Source: Desulfosudaceae bacterium
GTDB taxonomy: Bacteria; Desulfobacterota; Desulfobacteria; Desulfobacterales; Desulfosudaceae
DNA length: 64,000 nt
NCBI GenBank assembly: GCA_963674745.2
Contig: CAXXDV010000003.1
Coordinates: 2,464,001-2,528,000, forward strand
Direction: 5' to 3'
Shown: piece by piece, positions 1-9,809 of the stretch
How positions within the stretch are numbered: the first letter of the stretch is position 1
Layout: each line of letters opens with the position of its first letter
Notes under the pieces: model-generated
Database searches by the model: none
What the model was told of the DNA's origin: nothing
The model's input: only the letters and a program-made list of their open reading frames with translations
Translations under genes and position numbers: made by a program

Positions 1-1111
1 TTATCAGAATACCCGTCAGGGGCATATACATATAGCGATCAGCGATAAAAAACTCACCGACTTTGACGATACCGATAACCGGGACCAGTGTCCCCAGAAA
101 CCAGAACCATCCGGTGAGCAAATATCGCTGTCGCCGGGCAAGGCAGATAACACCGACCGTGATTGCTGCCAGGACAGCCACAGTAGTTATCAATATACCG
201 CTGTTCAACACCGGCATGGGATAAAACACGGTTAATGCACCGGGCCAGATGGATTTTTTCAAATACAGGGCATAAGCTGCCAGGACATGCGAAATCCTGG
301 ACATTAACGGAAACGACTCCGTAGATACCAATCCACCACCCTGTTGCTGCGCCACTACAGCGATGATAATACCGGCCAGACAAATCCCGAACAGCGGAAC
401 TTTTTCAATTACCAGTGTACGCCAGCGTCGAAAGCGGTGGCCACCGGACAAATCGCCGGATTCATGACCTGTATCACGGCATAACGGCCAGTAATCCAGC
501 AGCAGCAGCAAAAAAGGCAGGGTAACGATCATGGGCTTGGCCATAAGCCCCATTGCAAAGAACACAGCAACAGCCAGATATCGCCTCCACCCCGGAGAGC
601 GCCGGTATTCATCATAGGCCAGTATGGCCAGCAGCCAGAAGCCGACGCAAAGAAGCTCTTTTCGGCCCGAAACCCAGGCCACCGGTTCGACATGAAGGGG
701 ATGAAGGGCGAATAACAGCGAAATCACCCAGCTTTCCCAGAGACGCCCCGTAAGCCTCCGAAAACAAATAAAAACCATGGCGCTGTTAAACAGATGAAGC
801 AAAAGATTGGTCAGCAGGTATGCGCCGGGTTGGACACCGTAAAGTTCGGTATCCAACATGTAGGACAGCCAGGTCAAGGGGTGCCAGAACTCGGCTTTCA
901 TTGTCTGAAAAGCCCAGATAAAATTGTCCGGACTGAGCCCGGAAACAACCCTGTCGTTATCGAACACATAAAGAGAATCATCCAGAGAGACAAACACATG
1001 ATCCGCCAACTGGCGGTATAAATAAAACGTGACCGACAGGACCAGAAGCAGGAGCGCCGTTATCAACAGTTTCTCGTAAACCAGCTTCCGGATTTTGGCA
1101 TTTCTTGTCAT
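1..1111 (-). CDS. TMTC-like GT-C membrane glycosyltransferase (probably TPR-containing), runs off window start
   Basis: Not in ORF track (no stop in window). Manual translation from ATG 1111: MTRNAKIRKLVYEKLLITALLL...LDDSLYV...WHPLTWLSYMLD...ADRYMYMP; DD motif after TM1 and ADRYxYxP motif are typical of the family. Confidence 0.8.
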   Translation of the reverse strand, partial: MTRNAKIRKLVYEKLLITALLLLVLSVTFYLYRQLADHVFVSLDDSLYVFDNDRVVSGLSPDNFIWAFQTMKAEFWHPLTWLSYMLDTELYGVQPGAYLLTNLLLHLFNSAMVFICFRRLTGRLWESWVISLLFALHPLHVEPVAWVSGRKELLCVGFWLLAILAYDEYRRSPGWRRYLAVAVFFAMGLMAKPMIVTLPFLLLLLDYWPLCRDTGHESGDLSGGHRFRRWRTLVIEKVPLFGICLAGIIIAVVAQQQGGGLVSTESFPLMSRISHVLAAYALYLKKSIWPGALTVFYPMPVLNSGILITTVAVLAAITVGVICLARRQRYLLTGWFWFLGTLVPVIGIVKVGEFFIADRYMYMPLTGILI

Positions 1112-1122
1112 GAGTGAAAAAA

Positions 1123-2280
1123 TCATTCGATGATTGAATTAATAATTTCCGGTGGGATGTTGCCCACATACACCTCATCTTCGATTACGAAGCCGGGAGT
1201 GGCCGTCAGCCCCAATTGCAATGCGTCATGTATATCATTGGCCAGCAACGCTTTGAGCAACTGGCTTTTCAAGGCCCAGGCCAATTCGCGGGCATCCAGC
1301 CCCGATTTTTCGGCAATTTCTACCAGCGGCATGGCACCTCTGGGGATGCTGAACAACAGGTCATTCATTTCCCAGAACTTTTCTTTTTTCCCGGCATATA
1401 TCGCCATCAGCGCCATCTTTCCCGAACCGACGTGGAAAGGATCTTTGACAATAGGATTAAACTGATTGTCAAAGGGGAAATGCCGGTGAACAAGACGTAT
1501 CTTATCCGGATACGCTTCAACCATCTCTCTTAAATAGTAATGCATTTTCCGGCATTGAAAACAGAGGTAGTCGGAGTATTCTGTTATCGTCAGCTCCGGA
1601 TTTTCAGCACCGATCCAGGGATGACCGGTTTCGGTCAAACCATGGGGCAGGTCCTTATTTAAATGTTCGGGCGCAATTACCCAGTAGGGCGGTAAAAGGA
1701 AAATGACCAAAAGAGCGGAAAGGCCAAAAACAGATAATATCGTCTGGTGTCTCGGCAAGGCCATAAAAAAAACAAAATCCGAAACCAGCCCCCGCCAGAA
1801 ACGGTCAACGGAAAACCGGCGACGGATCAACCAGCAATAAAACAGTACTGCAAAATTAATCACATAGCTCACGATACACATGATGCAATAGCTGTGGATC
1901 AAATAATTGGAAATCATTGCCAGGATAATACTGTATATTGAATAAAAAGCAGAAATCACCATCAGCAACGTCCAGCCGGACTTATCCCGGCTTTTGTCGA
2001 AACCGGCAAAAAGGATCAATATCACCAGGAAAAGATAACCGATTACCCCCCATATGGGCACGGGTATGTTCAGAAAAACGGCATAGGGGCTCTGTGATAC
2101 CGTGTCACAGTTGATGGCTTTGGAAATAGCGCAGAAACTATCATATGAGATATCCGTATACACCCGGTGATGAGCGTAAGAGAGATAAATCGAATCAAAA
2201 AAACCCGCCAGCGCCAGCAACAGGACCGGCAGAAAATAAACATTGAACGGAAGCGGCTGGATGCGTCTTGTCTTGTTCAT
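1123..2280 (-). CDS. Vitamin K epoxide reductase (VKOR)-DsbA/thioredoxin fusion
   Basis: Loop Cys pair SFC...INCD, CIMC active site, TM helices; C-terminal DsbA-like domain with YLCFQC and TPGF cis-Pro loop. Confidence 0.88.
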   Translation of the reverse strand: MNKTRRIQPLPFNVYFLPVLLLALAGFFDSIYLSYAHHRVYTDISYDSFCAISKAINCDTVSQSPYAVFLNIPVPIWGVIGYLFLVILILFAGFDKSRDKSGWTLLMVISAFYSIYSIILAMISNYLIHSYCIMCIVSYVINFAVLFYCWLIRRRFSVDRFWRGLVSDFVFFMALPRHQTILSVFGLSALLVIFLLPPYWVIAPEHLNKDLPHGLTETGHPWIGAENPELTITEYSDYLCFQCRKMHYYLREMVEAYPDKIRLVHRHFPFDNQFNPIVKDPFHVGSGKMALMAIYAGKKEKFWEMNDLLFSIPRGAMPLVEIAEKSGLDARELAWALKSQLLKALLANDIHDALQLGLTATPGFVIEDEVYVGNIPPEIINSIIE

Positions 2281-4370
2281 TCCGGTAAAATTCCTTTTTC
2301 CTCGGCTTCCCGGGCAATGGCATAAAAAACCGTCTTGATGACCGGGGTCACCAAATTTTTCTCCACGGGAATTGTCTTGCCGGGTTCTGGCAATGTCTTT
2401 AACGTTTTAAAAATATCATAGACATCAAATTCAGAAAATAAAATCCGCGCGTATTGCTCTGCAGCCGATCGTTCACCTGCCCTGACGCTGTTTTCAATCA
2501 ACAACAGAAATGTCCGCATCTTCACCGGCTGCCGGAACTGGGCCAATTTATAAAACCATTCCGCCCGCGCGTATTCGCCGGTACGACTTAAGGCGGAGCC
2601 CGTGTAATATAATGTCAGGGGTGAATTATAAGGGTCCTTGATCAGGGCCTTCTGTAAAGAGGCCAGGGCTTTGTCGGGCAAATTCATCCACAGCAGGATA
2701 TATGCCTGCGTCTGATAATATTCCGCCCGGTCGTGTTCTCCTGAAAGGTGAAGCAACGATTCGATTTCGGCCAGCGCTTTTTGCCACTGGGCCGTTCTTG
2801 CCAGAAAACGGGCCAGATTATGCCTTGGTTTTAAAAAATTCGGATCCAGGTCGATGGCCTTCTGATAAGCCGTTTCAGCCTGAGCAAAATCGCCCAGCTC
2901 CATCAGCAATGTGCCGAGATTATCATACATTCTGGACCGAAAGTTGCGCCTGGGATGTTCCAGCGTGATGGCCTTTGTGAGCAATCTTACAGCCAGTTCT
3001 TTGTCCGCGAGCGTGCTTTGCTTTCCCCAGCCCAGGGCTGCGGCCAGATTATTGAGCGGCCCGGGCTGGTTCGGGGCTTTGCGGCTGGCATCATACCAGA
3101 GTGTCTCAATAGAACCCCAGGCACTGTTCCGTTCATAGGAAAACCGCCCCCAAAAAATGATCACCGACAGCAGACAAATTCCAACGGCCCAAAAAACCAG
3201 ACGATTACGCGATGCATACCGTTTAAGAAGATACAGAAAAACGGCTGTTACCGGCACAAAAAGAAATAAAGACGGAAGATAATTGCGGTGCTCAAAAATC
3301 AACTCCAGGGGAATAATGGTGGATTCTACGCTATGATTCACAAAATAGAAAAGTATGGCAAAAGCAAGCAGCGGGTAACGGCGGCGGACCGATACCGCCA
3401 TTACAACCAGTAAGCCAGTCAGCATGATAGCGGGAAATGTGGTCCAGGGGGAAAAAAGCGACCGGGACAACAGGACATCATGACTTATGGACAGCCGGGA
3501 CGGCAGGGGGTAAAATATCTGTGACAGATAGAACAAAACAATCCGGGGCTCCGTCAGGGTCCTTTCCAACAATGAAAACGGCCGGTCGCTATAACCTTTA
3601 AGAAAAAAAAGGATATCACCCTTTGCAAACATGACGACCCCGATGAGCCCGGCACCCAGAGCCAAACAACACAAGACCAGGTGAAAACGATGCCCGGCGC
3701 CATTTGTCCGTCGTCTTAAAAACAGTAATTCCAGAAAAAAGAGCACCACCGGAAACATAACGGCGTTCTCTTTTGAAAAAACAGCGCAGCAGAACATCAA
3801 TGCGGCCGGAAGGAAATACCACCGCCCGCATCCGCTCGAAGACAGCCTGGCCTTCAAATAGAAAAACATACCGGACACATAAAAAAGGGCGGCCATCTGG
3901 GCCATCCGCTGGACAATATAAGTAACCGTCTGGGTTTGTATGGGATTGACAGCCCACAACATGGCACTGATCAGAGAAACGAAAACAGCGTCATCAATTG
4001 AATACCGGCGACAGAGGGCGGGTGTTCGAAACAGTTGCAATATCGTCAGGTATAAGAAAAAAGCGGTCAGAACGTGTATCACAATGTTGACCAGGTGATA
4101 ACCGAAAGGATTATCTCTTCCGACAAACCAGTTCAGGGCAAAAGAGAAATTGGGCACCGGGCGATAAAACCGCTCTCTGCCGGCCTGGGTAAAAAACGTC
4201 TGGCGGACGGCATCGGCATCAAAGTCTGTCAGATGCAACTGCGGGTTGTAAAGAATATTGGGATGATCATCATACTGCCAGGGCGCATGAAGTGTGTTGG
4301 AATATATGGGGACAATCAGGCAGATCAAAAAGACCAGCACTGTCAGTAACCGGGGATGAGAAAATGACAT
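2277..4370 (-). CDS. TMTC-like GT-C membrane glycosyltransferase with C-terminal TPRs
   Basis: YDD, YRP, NPIQT..V.YIVQR, SKE, EHRNYLPS motifs; many TM segments; TPR helices. Confidence 0.82.
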   Translation of the reverse strand: MSFSHPRLLTVLVFLICLIVPIYSNTLHAPWQYDDHPNILYNPQLHLTDFDADAVRQTFFTQAGRERFYRPVPNFSFALNWFVGRDNPFGYHLVNIVIHVLTAFFLYLTILQLFRTPALCRRYSIDDAVFVSLISAMLWAVNPIQTQTVTYIVQRMAQMAALFYVSGMFFYLKARLSSSGCGRWYFLPAALMFCCAVFSKENAVMFPVVLFFLELLFLRRRTNGAGHRFHLVLCCLALGAGLIGVVMFAKGDILFFLKGYSDRPFSLLERTLTEPRIVLFYLSQIFYPLPSRLSISHDVLLSRSLFSPWTTFPAIMLTGLLVVMAVSVRRRYPLLAFAILFYFVNHSVESTIIPLELIFEHRNYLPSLFLFVPVTAVFLYLLKRYASRNRLVFWAVGICLLSVIIFWGRFSYERNSAWGSIETLWYDASRKAPNQPGPLNNLAAALGWGKQSTLADKELAVRLLTKAITLEHPRRNFRSRMYDNLGTLLMELGDFAQAETAYQKAIDLDPNFLKPRHNLARFLARTAQWQKALAEIESLLHLSGEHDRAEYYQTQAYILLWMNLPDKALASLQKALIKDPYNSPLTLYYTGSALSRTGEYARAEWFYKLAQFRQPVKMRTFLLLIENSVRAGERSAAEQYARILFSEFDVYDIFKTLKTLPEPGKTIPVEKNLVTPVIKTVFYAIAREAEEKGILPE

Positions 4371-4599
4371 GGTCCCCCTTCTTTAAAATCCTGAGATTTT
4401 TTCGCTCTCCGGGTTCCGGCGCCGGCCGGGTCAACCTGACACCATCATGTCAGCCCGAATAATAATACAAGCACCTTGCGGCCGGGATTTGTCTCTTGTA
4501 CCCCAAAATAATGATGCATTCGGGTTCGGCAGCAATGTTGATACCAACATTTATATCATAAAATTATAATATAAAAAACGCGGCCGATACAAATAAAAC

Positions 4600-4634
4600 A
4601 AAAAAGGGCGAGCCCGGGGGGCCCGCCCTTTTTT
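4600..4634. terminator. Intrinsic terminator downstream of pilA (likely bidirectional)
   Basis: AAAAAAGGGCGAGCCC...GCCCGCCCTTTTTT hairpin with A/T tracts on both sides. Confidence 0.8.
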
Positions 4635-4658
4635 ATTACTGAACGATTTGGAATAAAC

Positions 4659-5081
4659 TTAGAGGGACATCAGTTTGGTGTAGGTCAGGTTTGCATCGCC
4701 CCAGGCATTGCCGGCAGACGTCTGATAGTCAGACGGACATCTTGATGAGCCGTCAATAACCGTAATGGTAATGTTGATGTTGGGGTCATTAGCGGTAATA
4801 TCGGCTGTATTACCCGGGCTGCAGAAACCATTTGCCCAATCTCCATTTCCAGCAAGCTGGTTCGGCAGAAGGGTATGGTTCGGAATCGCAAAATGATCGC
4901 CAAGTGCAGCGGCAATATTATTGGCGTCTGATTCGGCCCGGCTGCAGAATGATTTATTCCTGTATGAAATGAAGTTCGGAATAGCGATGGCCGCCAGAAT
5001 ACCGATGATAGCGATAACGATCATCAGCTCGATCAATGTAAAACCCTGAGTGCCTCTGTTGATTTGAAGTTTACGTAACAT
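4659..5081 (-). CDS. pilA: Type IV major pilin
   Basis: G|FTLIELMIVIAIIGILAAIAIPNF prepilin motif; start moved to ATG 5081 behind AAGGAGG RBS. Confidence 0.93.
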   Translation of the reverse strand: MLRKLQINRGTQGFTLIELMIVIAIIGILAAIAIPNFISYRNKSFCSRAESDANNIAAALGDHFAIPNHTLLPNQLAGNGDWANGFCSPGNTADITANDPNINITITVIDGSSRCPSDYQTSAGNAWGDANLTYTKLMSL

Positions 5082-5295
5082 GTGTGCCTCCTTTGTTGAC
5101 CTTCGGTTAAATAAAAACGTTGCCAAAATTTTGTTAAGTACTTTTGTATTGCCTCCCTCCTTTCTTCCCCTGATTTATTCTCAGAAACGATCTTTTTCAC
5201 GGTTCAAATGGAACAATCTTTCAGGGATCAATGCTTTACAGTCCTTTTTGCTTTAACGCCTTTTTCTGCTTAATCGTTGTTCACAAAGATTTAAA

Positions 5296-5311
5296 AGCAA
5301 AAAAGATGCCA
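5296..5311 (-). promoter_or_regulatory. sigma54 -24/-12 promoter of pilA
   Basis: Minus strand TGGCATCTTTTTTGCT (GG-N10-GC), next to pilR. Confidence 0.82.
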
Positions 5312-5483
5312 CCTGATTGTTTGCCGCCCTTAAAAAGATAAAAGCCTTTGTTTTCTTAGTAAAAAAAACCAACCCGCCAATTTAAAAAGAACCGCTTAAC
5401 GGGAAAAACTGGATTTTAACGACAAATATTGTCAAGTTATACACAAAATTTGTCGTATCGCCCGCTCAACACAATCATTATTA

Positions 5484-6878
5484 TTAACGCTCCAGATCCA
5501 ATTTGTCAAGTCGATACCGGAAAGAGCGGGGACTTATACCAAGTAGTTCACAGGCCCGGTTTTTGTTTCCACCGCTGCATTCCAGGGCTTTTCTCAGGTA
5601 AGATCTTTCAATTTCCTGAAGGATATCATCAATTTGGACACCATTAACGACTTCATCCAGGTCAAAACGCCGACCGGGTACACCTTCAATCCAGCGACGC
5701 TTGTAGGTTGAAATCGACAGGCTTTCAGGCAGGATGATATTGGTTTCCGTCAAAGCGACGCTGCGTTCGATCAGGTTTTCCAGCTCCCGAACATTGCCGG
5801 GAAAATCATATTTTTCTAGCATATCGATTGCATAAGAGGATATTTTAACAACTGATTTACCGAATTCAGCCGAAAATTTGTCCAGGTAGTACTGGGCCAG
5901 CAACCGGATGTCGCTTTTTCGCTCTCTCAAGGGAGGAACCTTCAATTCAATGACATTCAACCGGTAAAACAGGTCTTCCCGGAAATTACCCGCAATGACC
6001 TCCTGCGCCAGGTTCTTGTTGGTGGCGGCAACAATACGGCTATCTACCACGATATCCTCGGTACCCCCGACCTGCTTGAAGACACCGTCCTGAACCACCC
6101 GCAACAGCTTAACCTGCAGCGGCAAACTCAATTCGCCGATTTCATCAAGAAAAATGGTTCCCATGTGGGCCAGGGTAAAAAGCCCTTTCTTGTCGTTGGA
6201 GGCGCCCGTAAAGGCCCCTTTCTTATGACCGAACAGCTCGCTTTCCATCAGGTTTTCCGGTATACCGCCGCAGTTGACGACGACAAAGGGCTTGTCAGCG
6301 CGGGCGCTCTCTTTGTGAATCGCTCTTGCGATCAACTCTTTACCGGTCCCGCTTTCACCGCTGATCAGCACCCGGGTTCTGGTTTTGGCGACCTGGCGGA
6401 TAAGCTTGTAAATGTACTGCATTTTGGGATGATCCCCGACAATCGTATTGAAAAACAGGGTACTTTCCAGGTTTTTGTCAATGGTCTTTTTTTCCTGCTC
6501 CACGGTCTTTAACCGCAGCGCGTTTACGATGGTCTGCTTCAGTTCATTGCTGTTCAGCGGCTTGGGAACAAAATCATATGCGCCCTCGTTCATGGCCTCA
6601 ACCGCCGTCTCTGTCGTCGCATATGCCGAAATCATGATCACCACTGTTTCGTGGTCCGCTTTTTTAGCCGCCTTTAACACTTCGATTCCCGATATGTCGC
6701 CAAGCCGGACATCACACAAAACAAGATCAAACCGGACCTCGGCAATCATGGAAACGGCCTTGCGACCGTCTTCGGCCAGTGACACCCGGTAGCCTTCCCG
6801 GGAGAGCATGACATCAAGCAGCTCCCGCATGCTTAATTCATCGTCAACAACCAGGATATGAGACTGTTTTTCAGTCAT
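5484..6878 (-). CDS. pilR: sigma54-dependent response regulator PilR
   Basis: REC + AAA+ (GESGTGKE, GAFTGA) + Fis HTH; directly upstream of pilA. Confidence 0.85.
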   Translation of the reverse strand: MTEKQSHILVVDDELSMRELLDVMLSREGYRVSLAEDGRKAVSMIAEVRFDLVLCDVRLGDISGIEVLKAAKKADHETVVIMISAYATTETAVEAMNEGAYDFVPKPLNSNELKQTIVNALRLKTVEQEKKTIDKNLESTLFFNTIVGDHPKMQYIYKLIRQVAKTRTRVLISGESGTGKELIARAIHKESARADKPFVVVNCGGIPENLMESELFGHKKGAFTGASNDKKGLFTLAHMGTIFLDEIGELSLPLQVKLLRVVQDGVFKQVGGTEDIVVDSRIVAATNKNLAQEVIAGNFREDLFYRLNVIELKVPPLRERKSDIRLLAQYYLDKFSAEFGKSVVKISSYAIDMLEKYDFPGNVRELENLIERSVALTETNIILPESLSISTYKRRWIEGVPGRRFDLDEVVNGVQIDDILQEIERSYLRKALECSGGNKNRACELLGISPRSFRYRLDKLDLER

Positions 6879-6903
6879 CGGCCTTCTCTCATTTTAAATT
6901 TGG

Positions 6904-8187
6904 TTACAGATTATCAAACACGACGCTGCCGCCGACCATGGTCAGCACTGCCCGGCCCTGCAATTCCCAACCGTCAAAAGGGGTATTTTTCCCCCGGGAA
7001 CGGAATTCACCTGTCTTGACCCGCCATTTTCGATCCAGATCGATAATGGTAATATCAGCCGCACCACCCTTTTTAAGGCCACTGGCCAGTCCCAGGATAC
7101 GGGCGGGAGCATTTGTCATGGTTTCCACCATACGACCCAGGGAAATCACGTTTTCGTTGACCAGCGACAGGGACAATCCCAACGAGGTTTCAAGGCCGCT
7201 GATACCGTTGGCCGCCAGATCGAACTCCACTTCTTTTTCCGTTACGGCATGCGGTGCATGATCACTGGCGATCACATCAATGGTGCCATCGGCCAGCCCC
7301 TCACGAACCGCTTCTCTGTCGGCTGACGACCGCAACGGGGGGTTCACCTTGGCGTCCGTATCATACTGTCCCACCGCCTCATCCGTCAGGGTAAAAAAAT
7401 GCGGCGCCGTCTCGGCCGTCACCGGGGCTCCGCGTCGCTTGGCCTCCCTGATGGCCTGCACGGACTCCTTGGTGCTTACGTGGGCAATATGCAGCGCGCC
7501 TCCCGTCAGTTCACATAAAGCAATGTCTCTCTGGACCATGACGCTTTCGGACGCATTGGGTATACCGGCCAATCCCAGTCGCGTTGCCGTCAGCCCTTCA
7601 TTCATGACACCGTTGGCCACCAGATCCAGCACCTCACAATGAGAAATAACCGGCAGGCCAAATCCCCGGGCGTATTCCAGCGCCCGGCGCATCAGCTGAT
7701 TGTTGGAAACCGGGTGACCGTCATCGGATACCGCCACGACTCCGGCTTCCTTCATCTCCGCGTATTCAGCCAGCTCTTTACCGGCTGACGCCCGGCTGAC
7801 AGCGCCGATCGGAAAAACCCTGACGCCGACATCACTTTTGGCCGCCTGAGACAGGATAAACCGGCAAATCTCAGCCCGGTCATTGACCGGGTCCGTGTTC
7901 GGCATGGGACAAACCGCCGTAAATCCGCCGCGGGCGGCCGCCAGGCATCCGCTGGCAATGGTTTCCTTGTATTCATAGCCCGGTTCCCTTAAATGCACGT
8001 GCATATCAATCAGGCCGGGCACGACGATCTTTCCTGCGGCTATGATCACCCGGGCTTCTTCCGCCGCCGGCGGGGACCCGGCAGCCGGATCAACGATATC
8101 AACAATCCGGCCTTCGGAAATATAAATATCAAACATACCATCCAGATGACCGGGGTCAACCACCCTGCCGCCTTTAATCACCACCAT
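6904..8187 (-). CDS. pyrC: Dihydroorotase
   Basis: DMHVHLREPG, KVNPPLR, SDHAPH; follows pyrB. Confidence 0.95.
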   Translation of the reverse strand: MVVIKGGRVVDPGHLDGMFDIYISEGRIVDIVDPAAGSPPAAEEARVIIAAGKIVVPGLIDMHVHLREPGYEYKETIASGCLAAARGGFTAVCPMPNTDPVNDRAEICRFILSQAAKSDVGVRVFPIGAVSRASAGKELAEYAEMKEAGVVAVSDDGHPVSNNQLMRRALEYARGFGLPVISHCEVLDLVANGVMNEGLTATRLGLAGIPNASESVMVQRDIALCELTGGALHIAHVSTKESVQAIREAKRRGAPVTAETAPHFFTLTDEAVGQYDTDAKVNPPLRSSADREAVREGLADGTIDVIASDHAPHAVTEKEVEFDLAANGISGLETSLGLSLSLVNENVISLGRMVETMTNAPARILGLASGLKKGGAADITIIDLDRKWRVKTGEFRSRGKNTPFDGWELQGRAVLTMVGGSVVFDNL

Positions 8188-9112
8188 CCCGCTGGCCTCC
8201 CAATACCAGATAAAACAACGCCATTCTCACCGCCACACCGTTTTCCACCTGATCCAGGATAACGGAATACTCCCCGTCAGCCACTTCCGGCGCGATTTCC
8301 ACGCCTCTGTTCAACGGACCGGGATGCATGATCAATACATCCGGACGGGCCTTTTTCAACCGTTCTGAAGTCAACCCGAAGGTTCTGGCATACTCACGCA
8401 AAGTGGAAAAAAGAAAACCCGCCTGCCGTTCTTTCTGGATTCTCAACATCATAATGGCATCCGCCTCGGCAATGGCTTCATCTACACTATACGTTACATC
8501 CACACCCAAAGATGAAATCCCGGAAGGCATCATCGTCGGCGGTGCCGCCACAACAACACTGGCCCCCATCTTTTTAAAGCCTTCAATATTCGAACGGGCC
8601 ACCCGGCTCCTGGCGATATCGCCGATAATAGCCAGCCGCAAGCCGCTGATATTTCCCCGTTTTTCCCTGACAGTCATCAGGTCGAGCAGGGCCTGGGTGG
8701 GATGCGCATGCATGCCGTCACCGGCGTTAATCACCGGCACCGCCACATTCCGGGCCAGTAAATAAGGCGCTCCTGCACTGGAATGACGTATAACAATGAT
8801 ATCCGGCGACATGGCCTCCAGGTTTTTAACCGTATCGATCAGGGTTTCGCCCTTGGTCATGCTGCTGCTGCCGGCGGTCAGCGACACCGCGTCGGCACTG
8901 AGGCGCTTGGCGGCGATATCAAATGAAACCTTGGTGCGGGTACTGGGTTCGTAAAAGAAGCTGACCACGGTTTTACCCCGCAGGGTTGGTACTTTTTTCA
9001 CGGCCCGCCTGGATATTTCCTTCATGTTCACGGCAGTATCCAGAATCAGGGAAATATCTTCGCGTGAAAGCGACTCCATATCCAGAATATGTTTTGTCGA
9101 CAACCCCCCCAT
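8174..9112 (-). CDS. pyrB: Aspartate carbamoyltransferase catalytic subunit
   Basis: FYEPSTRT, HPTQALLD, MHPGPLNRG. Confidence 0.96.
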   Translation of the reverse strand: MGGLSTKHILDMESLSREDISLILDTAVNMKEISRRAVKKVPTLRGKTVVSFFYEPSTRTKVSFDIAAKRLSADAVSLTAGSSSMTKGETLIDTVKNLEAMSPDIIVIRHSSAGAPYLLARNVAVPVINAGDGMHAHPTQALLDLMTVREKRGNISGLRLAIIGDIARSRVARSNIEGFKKMGASVVVAAPPTMMPSGISSLGVDVTYSVDEAIAEADAIMMLRIQKERQAGFLFSTLREYARTFGLTSERLKKARPDVLIMHPGPLNRGVEIAPEVADGEYSVILDQVENGVAVRMALFYLVLGGQRDGGD

Positions 9113-9122
9113 GACACGCCCC

Positions 9123-9767
9123 CTATCTTACGACATCACCGATTCTCGACCACCGGACGCGGCCGAGCGCTGAAGTCGATTGATCATTCCATGACCAGTA
9201 AATCAAAAACGCTTTTCCCCGGACGGCCTCTACGTCCAGAAAACCCCAAAACCGGCTGTCACTGCTGTTATCCCGGTTATCTCCCATCACAAACAGTTGA
9301 TTGTGCGGCACTTCGATCGGCCCGAACACATCCCTGACGGACTTAATCCGGGAATCTGTATGGATAACATAATCCTCCTCTAAAGGCTGTCCGTTGACAT
9401 AAAGTTTCTTGTTCATTACAGAGATGACGTCCCCGCCGACGCCGATGACCCGTTTGATATAGTCCTTATCGGGCTCATTGGGATACTTAAAAACGATGAC
9501 ATCCCCCCGTCGGGGCATTTTACCGGGCAGAAGGGGGAGCCTGAGAAAAGGAACGTCGAGGCCGTAAGCAAACTTGTTGACCAGAATATGATCCCCGATC
9601 TGAAGTGTGTTCATCATGGACCCGGAGGGGATTTTAAAGGCCTGTACGACAAACGTTCGAATAAACAGTGCCAGCAGCACGGCAATCAGTATGGCCTCCA
9701 CATTTTCCCGCCAGGCACTGACAGCAGGGCCGGCAGAGGCGGCTGTTATCCCCTTGCTTTTTGTCAA
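9123..9767 (-). CDS. lepB: Signal peptidase I
   Basis: IPSGSM, YIKRVIG, GDNRDNSSDSR; TTG start after AAGGAGG. Confidence 0.95.
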   Translation of the reverse strand: MTKSKGITAASAGPAVSAWRENVEAILIAVLLALFIRTFVVQAFKIPSGSMMNTLQIGDHILVNKFAYGLDVPFLRLPLLPGKMPRRGDVIVFKYPNEPDKDYIKRVIGVGGDVISVMNKKLYVNGQPLEEDYVIHTDSRIKSVRDVFGPIEVPHNQLFVMGDNRDNSSDSRFWGFLDVEAVRGKAFLIYWSWNDQSTSALGRVRWSRIGDVVR

Positions 9768-9809
9768 TTTAATACGCCTCCTTCATTTTATCTCCATGGT
9801 CCTTGCGCT

